From an uncultured bacterium (lineage in GTDB: Bacteria; Cyanobacteriota; Vampirovibrionia; Gastranaerophilales; Gastranaerophilaceae): a stretch of 50,366 bases of DNA. The stretch spans positions 1 through 50,366 of the forward strand of contig CACXFH010000099.1 in the NCBI GenBank assembly GCA_902766975.1, in the 5' to 3' direction. The notes below the pieces were generated by a model. That model saw nothing but the letters and a program-made list of their open reading frames with translations. It made no database searches and was not told where the DNA came from. Below are positions 17,989 to 27,316 of the stretch, piece after piece; the stretch's first letter is position 1; each line of letters begins with the position of its first letter. Position numbers and translations under genes: made by a program.

Positions 17989-20900
17989 CTATTTCAGTGA
18001 GATTTTATTTACTTCATCAAGTACCATATTCAAATATAGTAATTGGTTTGCAGTTGCCTGATCAAGATTTACAAATTCTGCTCCTGCCCTGCTGTTGGTT
18101 GCGGAAACAACTTTTGCATTTGCCTTGATGTCTAATGAACCATACTTCATATGAATTGGAATAATATCTCCGACTTTGAGGTTATGGTCGTGTCTTACTG
18201 CTACACCGCCCCTCGAAACATCAAGCAATGTATCTACAGAATCATTTCTTTCCAATGATATCGGATTTTTGTTACTCGAAACAGTATATCTTACATATTG
18301 ACGTTTATCTATTGTATCAAGATTATCTTCATCGATTCTGTTTTTGTACAAAAGCTTGGTATCATTATCCGGCCCGACAGTTGGACCTTGAGTCGGTTCG
18401 GTTGTCGGAGCTGTAGTTGGTTCAGTTGTCGGAGTTGTAGTCGGTTCGGTTGTCGGAGTTGTAGTTGGTTCGGTTGTCGGAACTGTTGTTGGTTCGGTTG
18501 TCGGAACCGTTGTTGGTTCGGTTGTCGGAACCGTTGTTGGTTCAGTTGTCGGAACTGTTGTTGGTTCTGTTGTCGGAACCGTTGTCGGTTCTGTTGTTGG
18601 TTCGGTTGTCGGAACCGGAGTTGGCTCAGATGTCGGAACCGTAGTTGGTTGTTCTGTTGGTTCCAAAGTTGGTTCAACAGTCGGTGGCTCCGTTGGTTCA
18701 GGAGTTGGTTCAGTTGTCGGATCGGTAGTCGGATCCGAAGTCGGTTCTGAAGTTGGTTCTGCTGTCGGAGGTTCAGTCGGTTGAGGAGTTGGTTCAACCG
18801 TCGGCTCTACTGATGGTTCAACAGTCGGCTCTGCAGTTGGCTCTACTGTCGGTACCGGAGTTGGTTCAGGAGTCGGAGCATCGGTGATTTCCAACGGAGT
18901 AGCGTCAACAATTCCGTCTTTTGGTTCGTCAACATGTGATTGTTCCTCTCCAAATACGCCATCTCCATCTCCCGGGTTATAATAATAATTTCTTTCATGT
19001 TCATCTCTGCCAATGCCTGTAACATCTTCAGGTCTGACTGCGTGCCCTGTAGGGATATCAGGACCGTTTGAAACAGATATACCTTCTATTTTATTTGTTG
19101 AGGGATCAGGTTCTTTTGAAAATCCGTCTTTACCTAAATGTGTCGCAACTCCATTTGCATAAATGTTATCTGCAACCACATCCAATTGTCCTTTATCCAA
19201 TTTCCCGTCATTGATTCTTACAACGGAATCGGCATAGCCGTAATAACCGCCATCCACGTCAGTTCCGTTCGGTCTGACGGTTTTGTTTATATCAAGTGCT
19301 TTAACAGTTGCATTATTGGGGATTGAATCTGTTTCTCCGACACCTGTATAACCGCCGTTTGGCAAATTCGGATTATCTGCAAGACCGTTTGTTCTTGGTC
19401 CGAAATAATCAACAGGAGTTCTTGGAACTGTCCCCAAATGATTAATTTCTAATGATTTACCTCTTGCAATGATGTTCATATCTTTTTCTGCAGTAACTTC
19501 GTCTATGTACGTATTTCCGGCAAATTCGGCATTCAATTCGCCTTCTCTTGAAATCATTGAACAAACATTATTGACAGAATATTTATCATCTAAGCCTTTA
19601 ATATTAATATTTTCATTGGCTAAAACATCCATCCCGTATCCTTTGCTCGGGACAGGGGCACTCTTTGTTGCTAACACTCCGGGTTGAGTTTGGTTGAATG
19701 TTAATGGTGCATTCTCAGTGCCTATATTTTTACTTGCAATTAATGATAAACCATACCCTTGAACATTGGGTTTAGCCGCATTTTTTGATGCGTTATTAAT
19801 ATTGTATCTTGTAATGCCGTCGTTCTGATTATAATCAGTTGTGAGAATTACACGACCGTCTGCATCAATATTGTCTATGTTCATATCGGAATTTACGGCA
19901 GCATAATTTATTACAAAGTTATTTTGTTTAACCGCGGTTGAATCTGTTGTTTTTGCTGTAACAGCACCGTTAATATGTCCGTTTATTGATTTTGCATAAT
20001 CTCTTGTAGTTTCGGCATTTGAAATTCCCGTACAATACCCGCCTGTGCAGTTATCCCCAACATTGAGGCCGATTGTACCGTCAGTGACATCCATATTCAA
20101 ATCGCCGCCTGCCTTTAATAATGTTTTAGCAGCATTTATGTGCATAATTCGAGCATCAGCCTGTTGGCTTTCATAATTCAAAATGCTGCCATTTTTTACA
20201 TTTATATCAATATTTTTTCCTGCGGTAATATAATTATTGTTTGATGTTCTGTCACCTATTACAACATTACCGCCGTTTTCTTTAATGTAAACATTATTAT
20301 CAGCATTTGTTAAACCTTTATGAGCAATACCGGAAACGGATGTATCATTCATTAAAACATCTTGGTTAGAGTCAACTTTACCTGAAGATGCTATTAAAAT
20401 ACCGTCACTTCCTCTGTTCGTAAGTTCAACATTGCCGTTTGAACCGATATTACCGCTTAATATAATTCCTCTTGTTGATAAATTATTTACGGATGTAACT
20501 CCTTTGCCGTGGTTCATAACGGAGCCTGAAACGTCTGTCCCGTTTACGGATGTAAATGTGATTGCCCCGCCATTTTTACTCATATTTTTGGCAGATTTCA
20601 TGCTGCTTGTATTTACAAGTTGTTCAAATACGTTATCATCAAAAGTACTCACAACTCCCGTACCGTTTGCAATCATTTTGCCCGGCACATTAATTTTAGA
20701 TGAAACAATGTCTATATCCTGAGCCGCAAGAACTTTACCATCAATTTTTACAATACCGTCCCCTGCGTTATTAGGATTTTTTAATGCCGACAAATTAGAA
20801 CTTGGGTTATTTTTATAGTGTTCATAAACAGTACTGTTTGGAGTGTATACCCCCAAAGAACCGACATTTAAAACCCCTGAAGCTCCGACTATCATCCCGT

Positions 20901-21273
20901 TTGGAGAAACAAATATAGCCCTTCCGTTATAAAAATTGTTATCTCGCATTGTATTTACAACCCCGTTGATTTTTATTTGGTTATCAACCAGGTTAACAAA
21001 TGAATTAATATTTTTATCGCCATATTTAAAAATTAAATTAGCAATATCTCCTTGACTCAGTTCAAAATCATGATATTTTCTTAAACCGATATCTGTATCT
21101 TTGATTACCGCAGTAGGATCTATAGTATAAACTCCATTCTGTCCCGTAATCTGTATACCTGTCGGATTGGTTATATTTGTTGCAAAAGCTGAAATCATCA
21201 TCGTCTGGTTTAGTAGAAATAATGAGGTCAATGCAGCAGAAATAAGTCTGGTTGTTCTTTTTCGGCTATTCAT
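17989..21273 (-). CDS. TPS-domain beta-helix exoprotein with Pro/Thr/Glu spacer and C-terminal PilZ domain
   Basis: 1094-aa ORF. The signal peptide and TPS domain are roughly 80% identical by eye to those of 10096..13779. The C-terminal half is collinear with 14072..17749 ([51 protein letters not shown]). It then has a TEPT/TVPT spacer and a PilZ-like end. Confidence 0.85.
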   Translation of the reverse strand: MNSRKRTTRLISAALTSLFLLNQTMMISAFATNITNPTGIQITGQNGVYTIDPTAVIKDTDIGLRKYHDFELSQGDIANLIFKYGDKNINSFVNLVDNQIKINGVVNTMRDNNFYNGRAIFVSPNGMIVGASGVLNVGSLGVYTPNSTVYEHYKNNPSSNLSALKNPNNAGDGIVKIDGKVLAAQDIDIVSSKINVPGKMIANGTGVVSTFDDNVFEQLVNTSSMKSAKNMSKNGGAITFTSVNGTDVSGSVMNHGKGVTSVNNLSTRGIILSGNIGSNGNVELTNRGSDGILIASSGKVDSNQDVLMNDTSVSGIAHKGLTNADNNVYIKENGGNVVIGDRTSNNNYITAGKNIDINVKNGSILNYESQQADARIMHINAAKTLLKAGGDLNMDVTDGTIGLNVGDNCTGGYCTGISNAETTRDYAKSINGHINGAVTAKTTDSTAVKQNNFVINYAAVNSDMNIDNIDADGRVILTTDYNQNDGITRYNINNASKNAAKPNVQGYGLSLIASKNIGTENAPLTFNQTQPGVLATKSAPVPSKGYGMDVLANENINIKGLDDKYSVNNVCSMISREGELNAEFAGNTYIDEVTAEKDMNIIARGKSLEINHLGTVPRTPVDYFGPRTNGLADNPNLPNGGYTGVGETDSIPNNATVKALDINKTVRPNGTDVDGGYYGYADSVVRINDGKLDKGQLDVVADNIYANGVATHLGKDGFSKEPDPSTNKIEGISVSNGPDIPTGHAVRPEDVTGIGRDEHERNYYYNPGDGDGVFGEEQSHVDEPKDGIVDATPLEITDAPTPEPTPVPTVEPTAEPTVEPSVEPTVEPTPQPTEPPTAEPTSEPTSDPTTDPTTEPTPEPTEPPTVEPTLEPTEQPTTVPTSEPTPVPTTEPTTEPTTVPTTEPTTVPTTEPTTVPTTEPTTVPTTEPTTVPTTEPTTTPTTEPTTTPTTEPTTAPTTEPTQGPTVGPDNDTKLLYKNRIDEDNLDTIDKRQYVRYTVSSNKNPISLERNDSVDTLLDVSRGGVAVRHDHNLKVGDIIPIHMKYGSLDIKANAKVVSATNSRAGAEFVNLDQATANQLLYLNMVLDEVNKISLK
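17992..18320 (-). other. PilZ-like domain (C-terminus of 17989..21273)
   Basis: The sequence is [12 protein letters not shown]...[39 protein letters not shown]...AGAEFVNLD. The RxxxR motif lies at 18289-18303 and the DxSxxG motif at 18205-18222. Confidence 0.7.
18368..18880 (-). repeat. Coding tandem repeat encoding a heterogeneous (T/V/E/P)4 spacer, ~170 aa
   Basis: The units are TPEP, TVEP and TEPT. The array includes five consecutive TEPTTVPT units (24-nt period, ggttcggttgtcggaaccgttgtt type). Confidence 0.9.
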
Positions 21274-21451
21274 TGTTTTATCCTTTCGTATATCTTTTTA
21301 TAAATCTGATTGTATATCTTATATTCTATCAAGCGCATAACGGATAATCTTAAAATGTTACCTTTTTTTAAGCACAATCATGCCTTGAAACATGTATTTT
21401 AAGTTCCTAAAGATTATATTTTGCTAGTTTAAACAAAATTATTAAGATTTG

Positions 21452-22909
21452 TTAATCGGAGGTTTTATAAACAAATAATTTTAGTATTCCGTAGGCACAG
21501 TAAAAAACTGTTAATGTCGCAAAGAATTGAATTGTTCCGGAAACTCCAACAGCCCCTGATTTGAATAAAAAGAACAAACCGGTTGCAGGTATAGCGGAGA
21601 TTAAAATTCTAAACAACGTGTTCTTTGGTATATTTAAACGGAAATTCGGCAAAACAACGATTACAGACAATATAAAATACAAGAAATTTGCGCTGAAAGT
21701 TGCAATACCGACCCCTATTAATCCGATTTTAGGAATAAGTAAAATATTTAGGATTACTCCAATAATACCTGATATCAACTTGATTATAAATTCAATGTGT
21801 GTCCTGTTTGCAAGGTGATATTGCAAAGTTGTATAATCAGTCAATCCCAGGAAAAATACCCCAAAAGAAAAATAAGGTATCAAAGAGCATGCTTCATAAA
21901 ATTTTTCATTGGTCTTTAATAGGATAGTGTAATCCATGCTATATAATGACATAATAGCAACTAAAGGCAATGCAAGCAGTATGTAATATCCAATAAACTT
22001 TGAAATAATAGGTCTTACATCAATTTTAGCTTCAAACATATTGATAACTCTGGGGATAACTGCCACTGTAAGCATTGCAAACAAAGGCATTAAAATCGGC
22101 AATGTTAAACTGTAACCTACACCTACAAATGCAGCCTTTGTAAATCCGCTTATGCCGCCCATAATGATTTTATTACTCTGAGTAATAATCCATGCACTTA
22201 ATGATGTAGCCATAAGAGGCAGTCCGTATTTTACAATCGGAAGTATAAATTTCCACTCGACCTTTTGGAATTTGAAAACTTTCATAATATCACACTGAAC
22301 AAACAATAAAACGTCTATCAATGATATAGCTACTCCCATCCCTAATAATATAGAAGCCGCGCCAAGATTAAAGAATTTTGCAAAAAATACGGTTAATCCG
22401 ATGGTAACAAATTGATTCAGTATTGTAGTAAAAGAATAAGATACTGATTTTAGCTGAGCACGCAGAATTTGCTGTAATAATGCCCTTATTGCCACAGGAA
22501 TAATCAGAACCAGAACAGCCATAAAATATTTCAGTGGCACATGGAAGAACGAATACATAGCATCTTTAAGCAAAAATGACAACCCGAACATCAAACACAT
22601 ATTAATAGCCAAAATTGAAACAATCATTGTCATATATTTCGGTAAATCATTTTCAATCTGGTGAGCTCTGAAAAATCTCAACCCAGACAAACCGACCCAA
22701 TCGGAAAATATAATACACAGAAAAGACAACATTGCAATTGAAACGGAATATAAACCGTATTGCTCCGTTGAAAACAAATTTGTATATATCGGAACTGTAA
22801 TTACATTCCCAAACATTCCGCATAACTTTGACGGAGCATATTTAAGCATATCCGTAAATATTGCCCGAGTTTCTTTTTCTTCCAATTCCTTATTTACAAC
22901 GTATTCCAT
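21452..22909 (-). CDS. Polysaccharide/oligosaccharide flippase (Wzx / MOP superfamily)
   Basis: 485-aa ORF that is polytopic (about 12-14 hydrophobic segments). The N-terminal LKYAPSKL..GN.ITVPIYTN.FS..EYG pattern is typical of Polysacc_synt-family flippases. Confidence 0.65.
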   Translation of the reverse strand: MEYVVNKELEEKETRAIFTDMLKYAPSKLCGMFGNVITVPIYTNLFSTEQYGLYSVSIAMLSFLCIIFSDWVGLSGLRFFRAHQIENDLPKYMTMIVSILAINMCLMFGLSFLLKDAMYSFFHVPLKYFMAVLVLIIPVAIRALLQQILRAQLKSVSYSFTTILNQFVTIGLTVFFAKFFNLGAASILLGMGVAISLIDVLLFVQCDIMKVFKFQKVEWKFILPIVKYGLPLMATSLSAWIITQSNKIIMGGISGFTKAAFVGVGYSLTLPILMPLFAMLTVAVIPRVINMFEAKIDVRPIISKFIGYYILLALPLVAIMSLYSMDYTILLKTNEKFYEACSLIPYFSFGVFFLGLTDYTTLQYHLANRTHIEFIIKLISGIIGVILNILLIPKIGLIGVGIATFSANFLYFILSVIVVLPNFRLNIPKNTLFRILISAIPATGLFFLFKSGAVGVSGTIQFFATLTVFYCAYGILKLFVYKTSD

Positions 22910-22921
22910 ACTTCTTATTCC

Positions 22922-24223
22922 TTATAAAATTTTACCATATAAATCATATTCATCAGCATCAGTTATTAATATGTTTTCTATATCACCCGGAACAACCTGT
23001 TTATCCGTCACAGCATAAACAAGCCCGTCGACTTCAGGAGCATCATGCTCAGAACGCGAAATTACCGTGCCTTCGTCAGTGTATCCCTCGACTATGCATT
23101 TTATGCTTTTATTTATATATTTCTTGTTGTTATTCAATGAAATTTCCCTTTGAAGCTCCATTAATTTTTTATACCGTTGATGCTTTATTTTTGCGCTGAT
23201 TTGAGGTTTTAAAGTATCTGAATATGTACCTTTTTCGCGAGAATATTCAAAAGCGCCCATTCTGTCAAATTTTACGTTCTTTACAAAATTATACAGATGC
23301 TCAAATTCTTCTTCAGTTTCTCCCGGATAACCGACAATTAAAGATGTTCTTACTGTTACTCCCGGGATTTTTTGTCTGAAATTTTCTACAAGTTTTCCAT
23401 AATCCATAACCGGACGTTTCATGGATTTTAAAACCCTCGGATGTGAATGTTGCAACGGAATATCAATATATTTTACGACTTTATCAAGTGTTGCAATCGC
23501 ATTTATCAACTCGTCTGTCATTTGAGTAGGATATGCATACATTATGCGTATCCAACTCAAATTTTCTATTTTGTTTAATTCCTTTAAAAGTTCAGGCAGT
23601 GCTTGATGACCATATAAATCAATACCGTATGATGAGGTGTCCTGAGCAATTAAAACAATTTCATTAACGCCTTTATCAGCTAATTTTTGCGCTTCTGCAA
23701 CAATATTTTCAATGGACCTTGATACATATTTCCCCCTAAGTTTTGGGATAATGCAGTATCCGCACTCATAATTACAACCGTCCCCAATTTTAATATATGA
23801 ACTAGCACCTACAGTAATTTGCTGTCTTTCAACATCTTCCGGATATGAATATATTGGATTCTCCTGAATTATATCTGTTTTATTATCATTTTCAATTTCT
23901 TTTAAAATTTTTATAATATCGGCAGGATTTGTAGCTCCTATCATGCCATCAATTTCAGGTATAGCCTTTTTTAATTCCTCTTTATGCTTTTGAGGCAAAC
24001 ATCCTGTTACAATAATCTTTTTTCCGGTTTGCGCCATCTCAAGAATGCTGTCAACAGATTCTTTTTCGGCGTCGTGAATGAAAGAGCAGGTATTTATTAT
24101 AACTACATCTGCTTCATTTTCATCTAGTGTAATTTGATAGCCGTTTTTATCAAGCAGACCCAGCATTAATTCGGAATCTACAAGATTTTTAGCGCAACCA
24201 TGGTTTATAAGAGCTATTTTCAT
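22922..24223 (-). CDS. rimO: Ribosomal protein S12 methylthiotransferase RimO
   Basis: 433-aa ORF. It has the N-terminal MKIALINHGCAKNLVDSE (UPF0004), a radical-SAM CNYECGYC cluster motif, and a C-terminal TRAM-like domain. Its size fits RimO rather than MiaB. Confidence 0.85.
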   Translation of the reverse strand: MKIALINHGCAKNLVDSELMLGLLDKNGYQITLDENEADVVIINTCSFIHDAEKESVDSILEMAQTGKKIIVTGCLPQKHKEELKKAIPEIDGMIGATNPADIIKILKEIENDNKTDIIQENPIYSYPEDVERQQITVGASSYIKIGDGCNYECGYCIIPKLRGKYVSRSIENIVAEAQKLADKGVNEIVLIAQDTSSYGIDLYGHQALPELLKELNKIENLSWIRIMYAYPTQMTDELINAIATLDKVVKYIDIPLQHSHPRVLKSMKRPVMDYGKLVENFRQKIPGVTVRTSLIVGYPGETEEEFEHLYNFVKNVKFDRMGAFEYSREKGTYSDTLKPQISAKIKHQRYKKLMELQREISLNNNKKYINKSIKCIVEGYTDEGTVISRSEHDAPEVDGLVYAVTDKQVVPGDIENILITDADEYDLYGKIL

Positions 24224-24301
24224 AAATCTATTTTATCATTAAAACATTTTAAACCTTACAAATATTACGATAAATTTATAATTTTGTAGTAATATATCCC
24301 T

Positions 24302-26086
24302 ATGGATAAAGTTGAATTATTAGCTCCGGCAAAAAATTTAGAAACAGCGATTGCTGCAATAAATAGCGGTGCAGATGCTATTTATATCGGAGCGAGTGAT
24401 TTTGGGGCAAGAGTAAATGCTTCAAATGAGCTTGAAAGTATTGAAAAACTTGTAAATTATGCCCATAAGTTTTATGTGCGAGTCCACGTAACCATTAATA
24501 CAATTCTTAATAATAATGAGTTAGAAAAAGCTATCGAATTGATTAAAAAGTTATATATAATTGGAGTTGACGCAATTATTGTTCAGGATATGGGAATTAT
24601 AAAAGCTGCTATAGACGGTAAGATTCCTCCGATACAAATTCATGCAAGTACCCAATGTAACAACAGAACAAAAGATAAAGTAATGTTCTTTGACAAAATG
24701 GGTATTCCCAGAGTTATTTTAGCAAGAGAACTAAGTTTGGAGACTATAAAAGAAATATGTCAAAGTGCAAATTGTGAAATAGAAACATTTATACATGGTG
24801 CATTATGTGTGTCATATAGCGGACAATGTTATATGTCTTATGCTAACGGAGGACGCAGTGCAAACAGAGGCGAATGCGCGCAGCCCTGCAGAAAAAAATA
24901 TTCTCTGGTTGACCAAAGCGGGCAAAAATATATTGAAAATAAATATTTACTTTCATTAAAAGATTTCAACGCATCTAATCACTTGGAAAAGTTAATTGAG
25001 TCCGGTGTAAAATCATTCAAAATCGAAGGCAGGCTGAAAGATATTGATTATGTAAAAAACGTTACTCTTTATTACAACAACCTTATTGCCAAGTATGCCG
25101 ATAAAAGTTCTTCAGGTAAAGTGTTTAGCGATTTCATTCCAAATCTAAATAAAACATTCAATCGTTTATATACAGATTATTTTTTGAGAGAACGAAGTGA
25201 TTGCTACAATTTTCTGACTCCGAAATCAATTGGAGAATATATTGGCAAAGTAACAAAAGTTCATAAAAAATTTATAGAAACTGATTCCAAAGTGAAATTA
25301 AACCCGCAAGATGGTATCTGTTATGATGATTTCGGCAGTATTGGCGGTTTTAAAATTAATCGAGCTGAAGGGGGAAAAATTTATCCGAATAAAGTGGTTG
25401 ATATCCCGATAGGAAGTATACTTTACAGAAATTACGATTTCGAATTCTTCAAAAAATTGTCATCTTCAAAAATAGTGCGAAAAATAGGAGTAAATATTAA
25501 AATTTGTGACAAGGTAATATCAGTCAAAGATGAAGATTTTAATATGGTTTACGTCAATATCGAAAATTGTGAAATTGCCCAAAACCAAGATAAGGCAAAG
25601 GATAATTTAATAAAACAGTTTCAAAAAACAGGTGATAGCGAATTTTACGTTCAATCTATCGTTGTAAAATCAAATAATGTACCATTTTTGCCTCTATCAA
25701 AAATTAATGAACTTCGCAGAAATTTGTTACAAAAGTTAATGAATGAGAGATTAAATAACTATCCCAAAATAGTTCAAAAACCTATTTCTTATGCTAAATA
25801 CAGCGATAAAAATCTTGATTATCGAACAAACATTTTTAATGACGAAGCTTGCGAATTTTATAAAAATTCCGGCAGCCAAATATTTAATAAAGCCTTAGAA
25901 TGCAGTAAAAATATTCCTAAAAGTATAGAGCTAATGCGTTGTAAACATTGTCTTAGATATGCTGTCGGGCTTTGCTCAAAGGATAACAAGTTTAATAAGC
26001 AATTATACTTACAGGATGAAAACGGTAAACTTTATCCTTTAAAATTTGATTGTAAAAACTGTGAAATGATTGTAATAAATCCATAA
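24302..26086 (+). CDS. Peptidase U32 family protein with long C-terminal extension
   Basis: 594-aa ORF. The N-terminus ELLAPAKNLETAIAAINSGADAIYIG and the ...E.F.HGALCVSYSGQC.. core are typical of the U32 family (collagenase-like, RlhA/TrhP-type). Confidence 0.8.
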   Translation: MDKVELLAPAKNLETAIAAINSGADAIYIGASDFGARVNASNELESIEKLVNYAHKFYVRVHVTINTILNNNELEKAIELIKKLYIIGVDAIIVQDMGIIKAAIDGKIPPIQIHASTQCNNRTKDKVMFFDKMGIPRVILARELSLETIKEICQSANCEIETFIHGALCVSYSGQCYMSYANGGRSANRGECAQPCRKKYSLVDQSGQKYIENKYLLSLKDFNASNHLEKLIESGVKSFKIEGRLKDIDYVKNVTLYYNNLIAKYADKSSSGKVFSDFIPNLNKTFNRLYTDYFLRERSDCYNFLTPKSIGEYIGKVTKVHKKFIETDSKVKLNPQDGICYDDFGSIGGFKINRAEGGKIYPNKVVDIPIGSILYRNYDFEFFKKLSSSKIVRKIGVNIKICDKVISVKDEDFNMVYVNIENCEIAQNQDKAKDNLIKQFQKTGDSEFYVQSIVVKSNNVPFLPLSKINELRRNLLQKLMNERLNNYPKIVQKPISYAKYSDKNLDYRTNIFNDEACEFYKNSGSQIFNKALECSKNIPKSIELMRCKHCLRYAVGLCSKDNKFNKQLYLQDENGKLYPLKFDCKNCEMIVINP

Positions 26087-26089
26087 AAT

Positions 26090-27307
26090 CTATGAATTAG
26101 CGTTCTTTCTAAATTCATTATACAGTTTTTTCAGGTACTTAGACAATAATTTTTCGTTAACTGAATTAAGAGCAATAACTTCTTTCATATTTTCGCAAGT
26201 ATCCAGTCCGTTATGTTTAATTTCAAAAGTTAATTTAGCAAAACCGTCATATCTGATAATTAATTCACTATGTAGCGATTCACAGCGAATACTAAACACA
26301 CTTTCAATTTTATTTGTATATTGGCTTACAAAAGAATTAGGAAGTTTTTGAGCTAATTCTTTTTCATATCTGAAGAACAATGGTTCGATGACATTTGACA
26401 ACTTCTTGTCATATACTTTTTCAAATAGTTTAAAATGTTTATCTTTTCTTTGAATATCATTCCATTCATCATATATGCTGCCTTCTCCAAGAAACGCAAA
26501 CAACTTATCGTCGGTTATAGCTGAAATCAAACTGTCATTTGCTCTCTTTTCCAATTCATTAAAAATTGTAATTCCAACTTTAGTTAGCCCTGCGTGGATT
26601 TTTATATCGTTCCCCATAGAAGCTGAGATTTTTTCAACAACATTTTCAGCTCCTTGGATATTAGTATCCGGCAGCAATAAATAATATTTATCTGTTGAAT
26701 GGATTAAAATATCAGTCTGACGTAATATCTTTTTCATATTTAGCGCCAAGCGATTCATAGAAACTTTTGTTTTAAATTCAGGATTAATTGTAAGAGCAAT
26801 ATATATGCCGTTTTTAATAGAATCAAACTCAATCAAATTATTAAATGCTTCGACAAAAGCTTTATGTGTAAAAAATCCGGTTTTGAAATTTTGCACATTC
26901 GTGATGTTTATAAATGCAGATAATATGTTTAATTTAGTTTCCAATGATATAATTTTAAAGTAATTCATAATACGAATATCAAAAATTTCAGTTTCTATGG
27001 CGGGATTTAAAATATCTAACACCCCGCAATAAGCGCATTTCCCAACAACCCCCCTATCATTTTTAGCAGTCATTACAATTATTTTACAGTCAGATACCTT
27101 TTTTACATATTCAATTGCTGATAATATCTCATTTGTGGTGTATTCATCGGCATTAAAAAAGATAATCGAAGTATCTGCATCAATAAATGACTTTATATCT
27201 TTTAGAGATACCACTACTGTGTTTTCCCTTTTCAGTGTGGTGACCGAAGAAAAGAAAAAATCCGAATTATGTTTATCTTCGCTTATAATTAATACTTTTT
27301 TACTCAT
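26090..27307 (-). CDS. Receiver-like domain protein with a degenerate GGDEF-like domain
   Basis: 405-aa ORF. The N-terminus follows a CheY-like pattern (KKVLIISED..., IIFFNADEY, KIIVMTAK) but lacks the conserved Lys (NP in place of KP). The middle resembles a GGDEF fold (TGFFTHKAFVEAF...IYIALTINPEFKT...LRQTDILIHSTDKYYLLLPDT...ANDSLISAI), with STDKY where GGDEF/GGEEF would sit. Confidence 0.45.
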   Translation of the reverse strand: MSKKVLIISEDKHNSDFFFSSVTTLKRENTVVVSLKDIKSFIDADTSIIFFNADEYTTNEILSAIEYVKKVSDCKIIVMTAKNDRGVVGKCAYCGVLDILNPAIETEIFDIRIMNYFKIISLETKLNILSAFINITNVQNFKTGFFTHKAFVEAFNNLIEFDSIKNGIYIALTINPEFKTKVSMNRLALNMKKILRQTDILIHSTDKYYLLLPDTNIQGAENVVEKISASMGNDIKIHAGLTKVGITIFNELEKRANDSLISAITDDKLFAFLGEGSIYDEWNDIQRKDKHFKLFEKVYDKKLSNVIEPLFFRYEKELAQKLPNSFVSQYTNKIESVFSIRCESLHSELIIRYDGFAKLTFEIKHNGLDTCENMKEVIALNSVNEKLLSKYLKKLYNEFRKNANS

Positions 27308-27316
27308 ATTTGCGAA

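Noticed and set aside
10096-21273. A diversity-generating retroelement or cassette-based variation system acting on the repeat-rich adhesins or the tail-fibre-like gene.
   Set aside because: No reverse transcriptase ORF, template/variable repeat pair or recombinase is present in the window.
13780-21451. c-di-GMP (GEMM) riboswitch upstream of the PilZ-tailed adhesin genes.
   Set aside because: I could not find GGCAAA...GACGCAAAGCC-type signatures in any of the three leaders.
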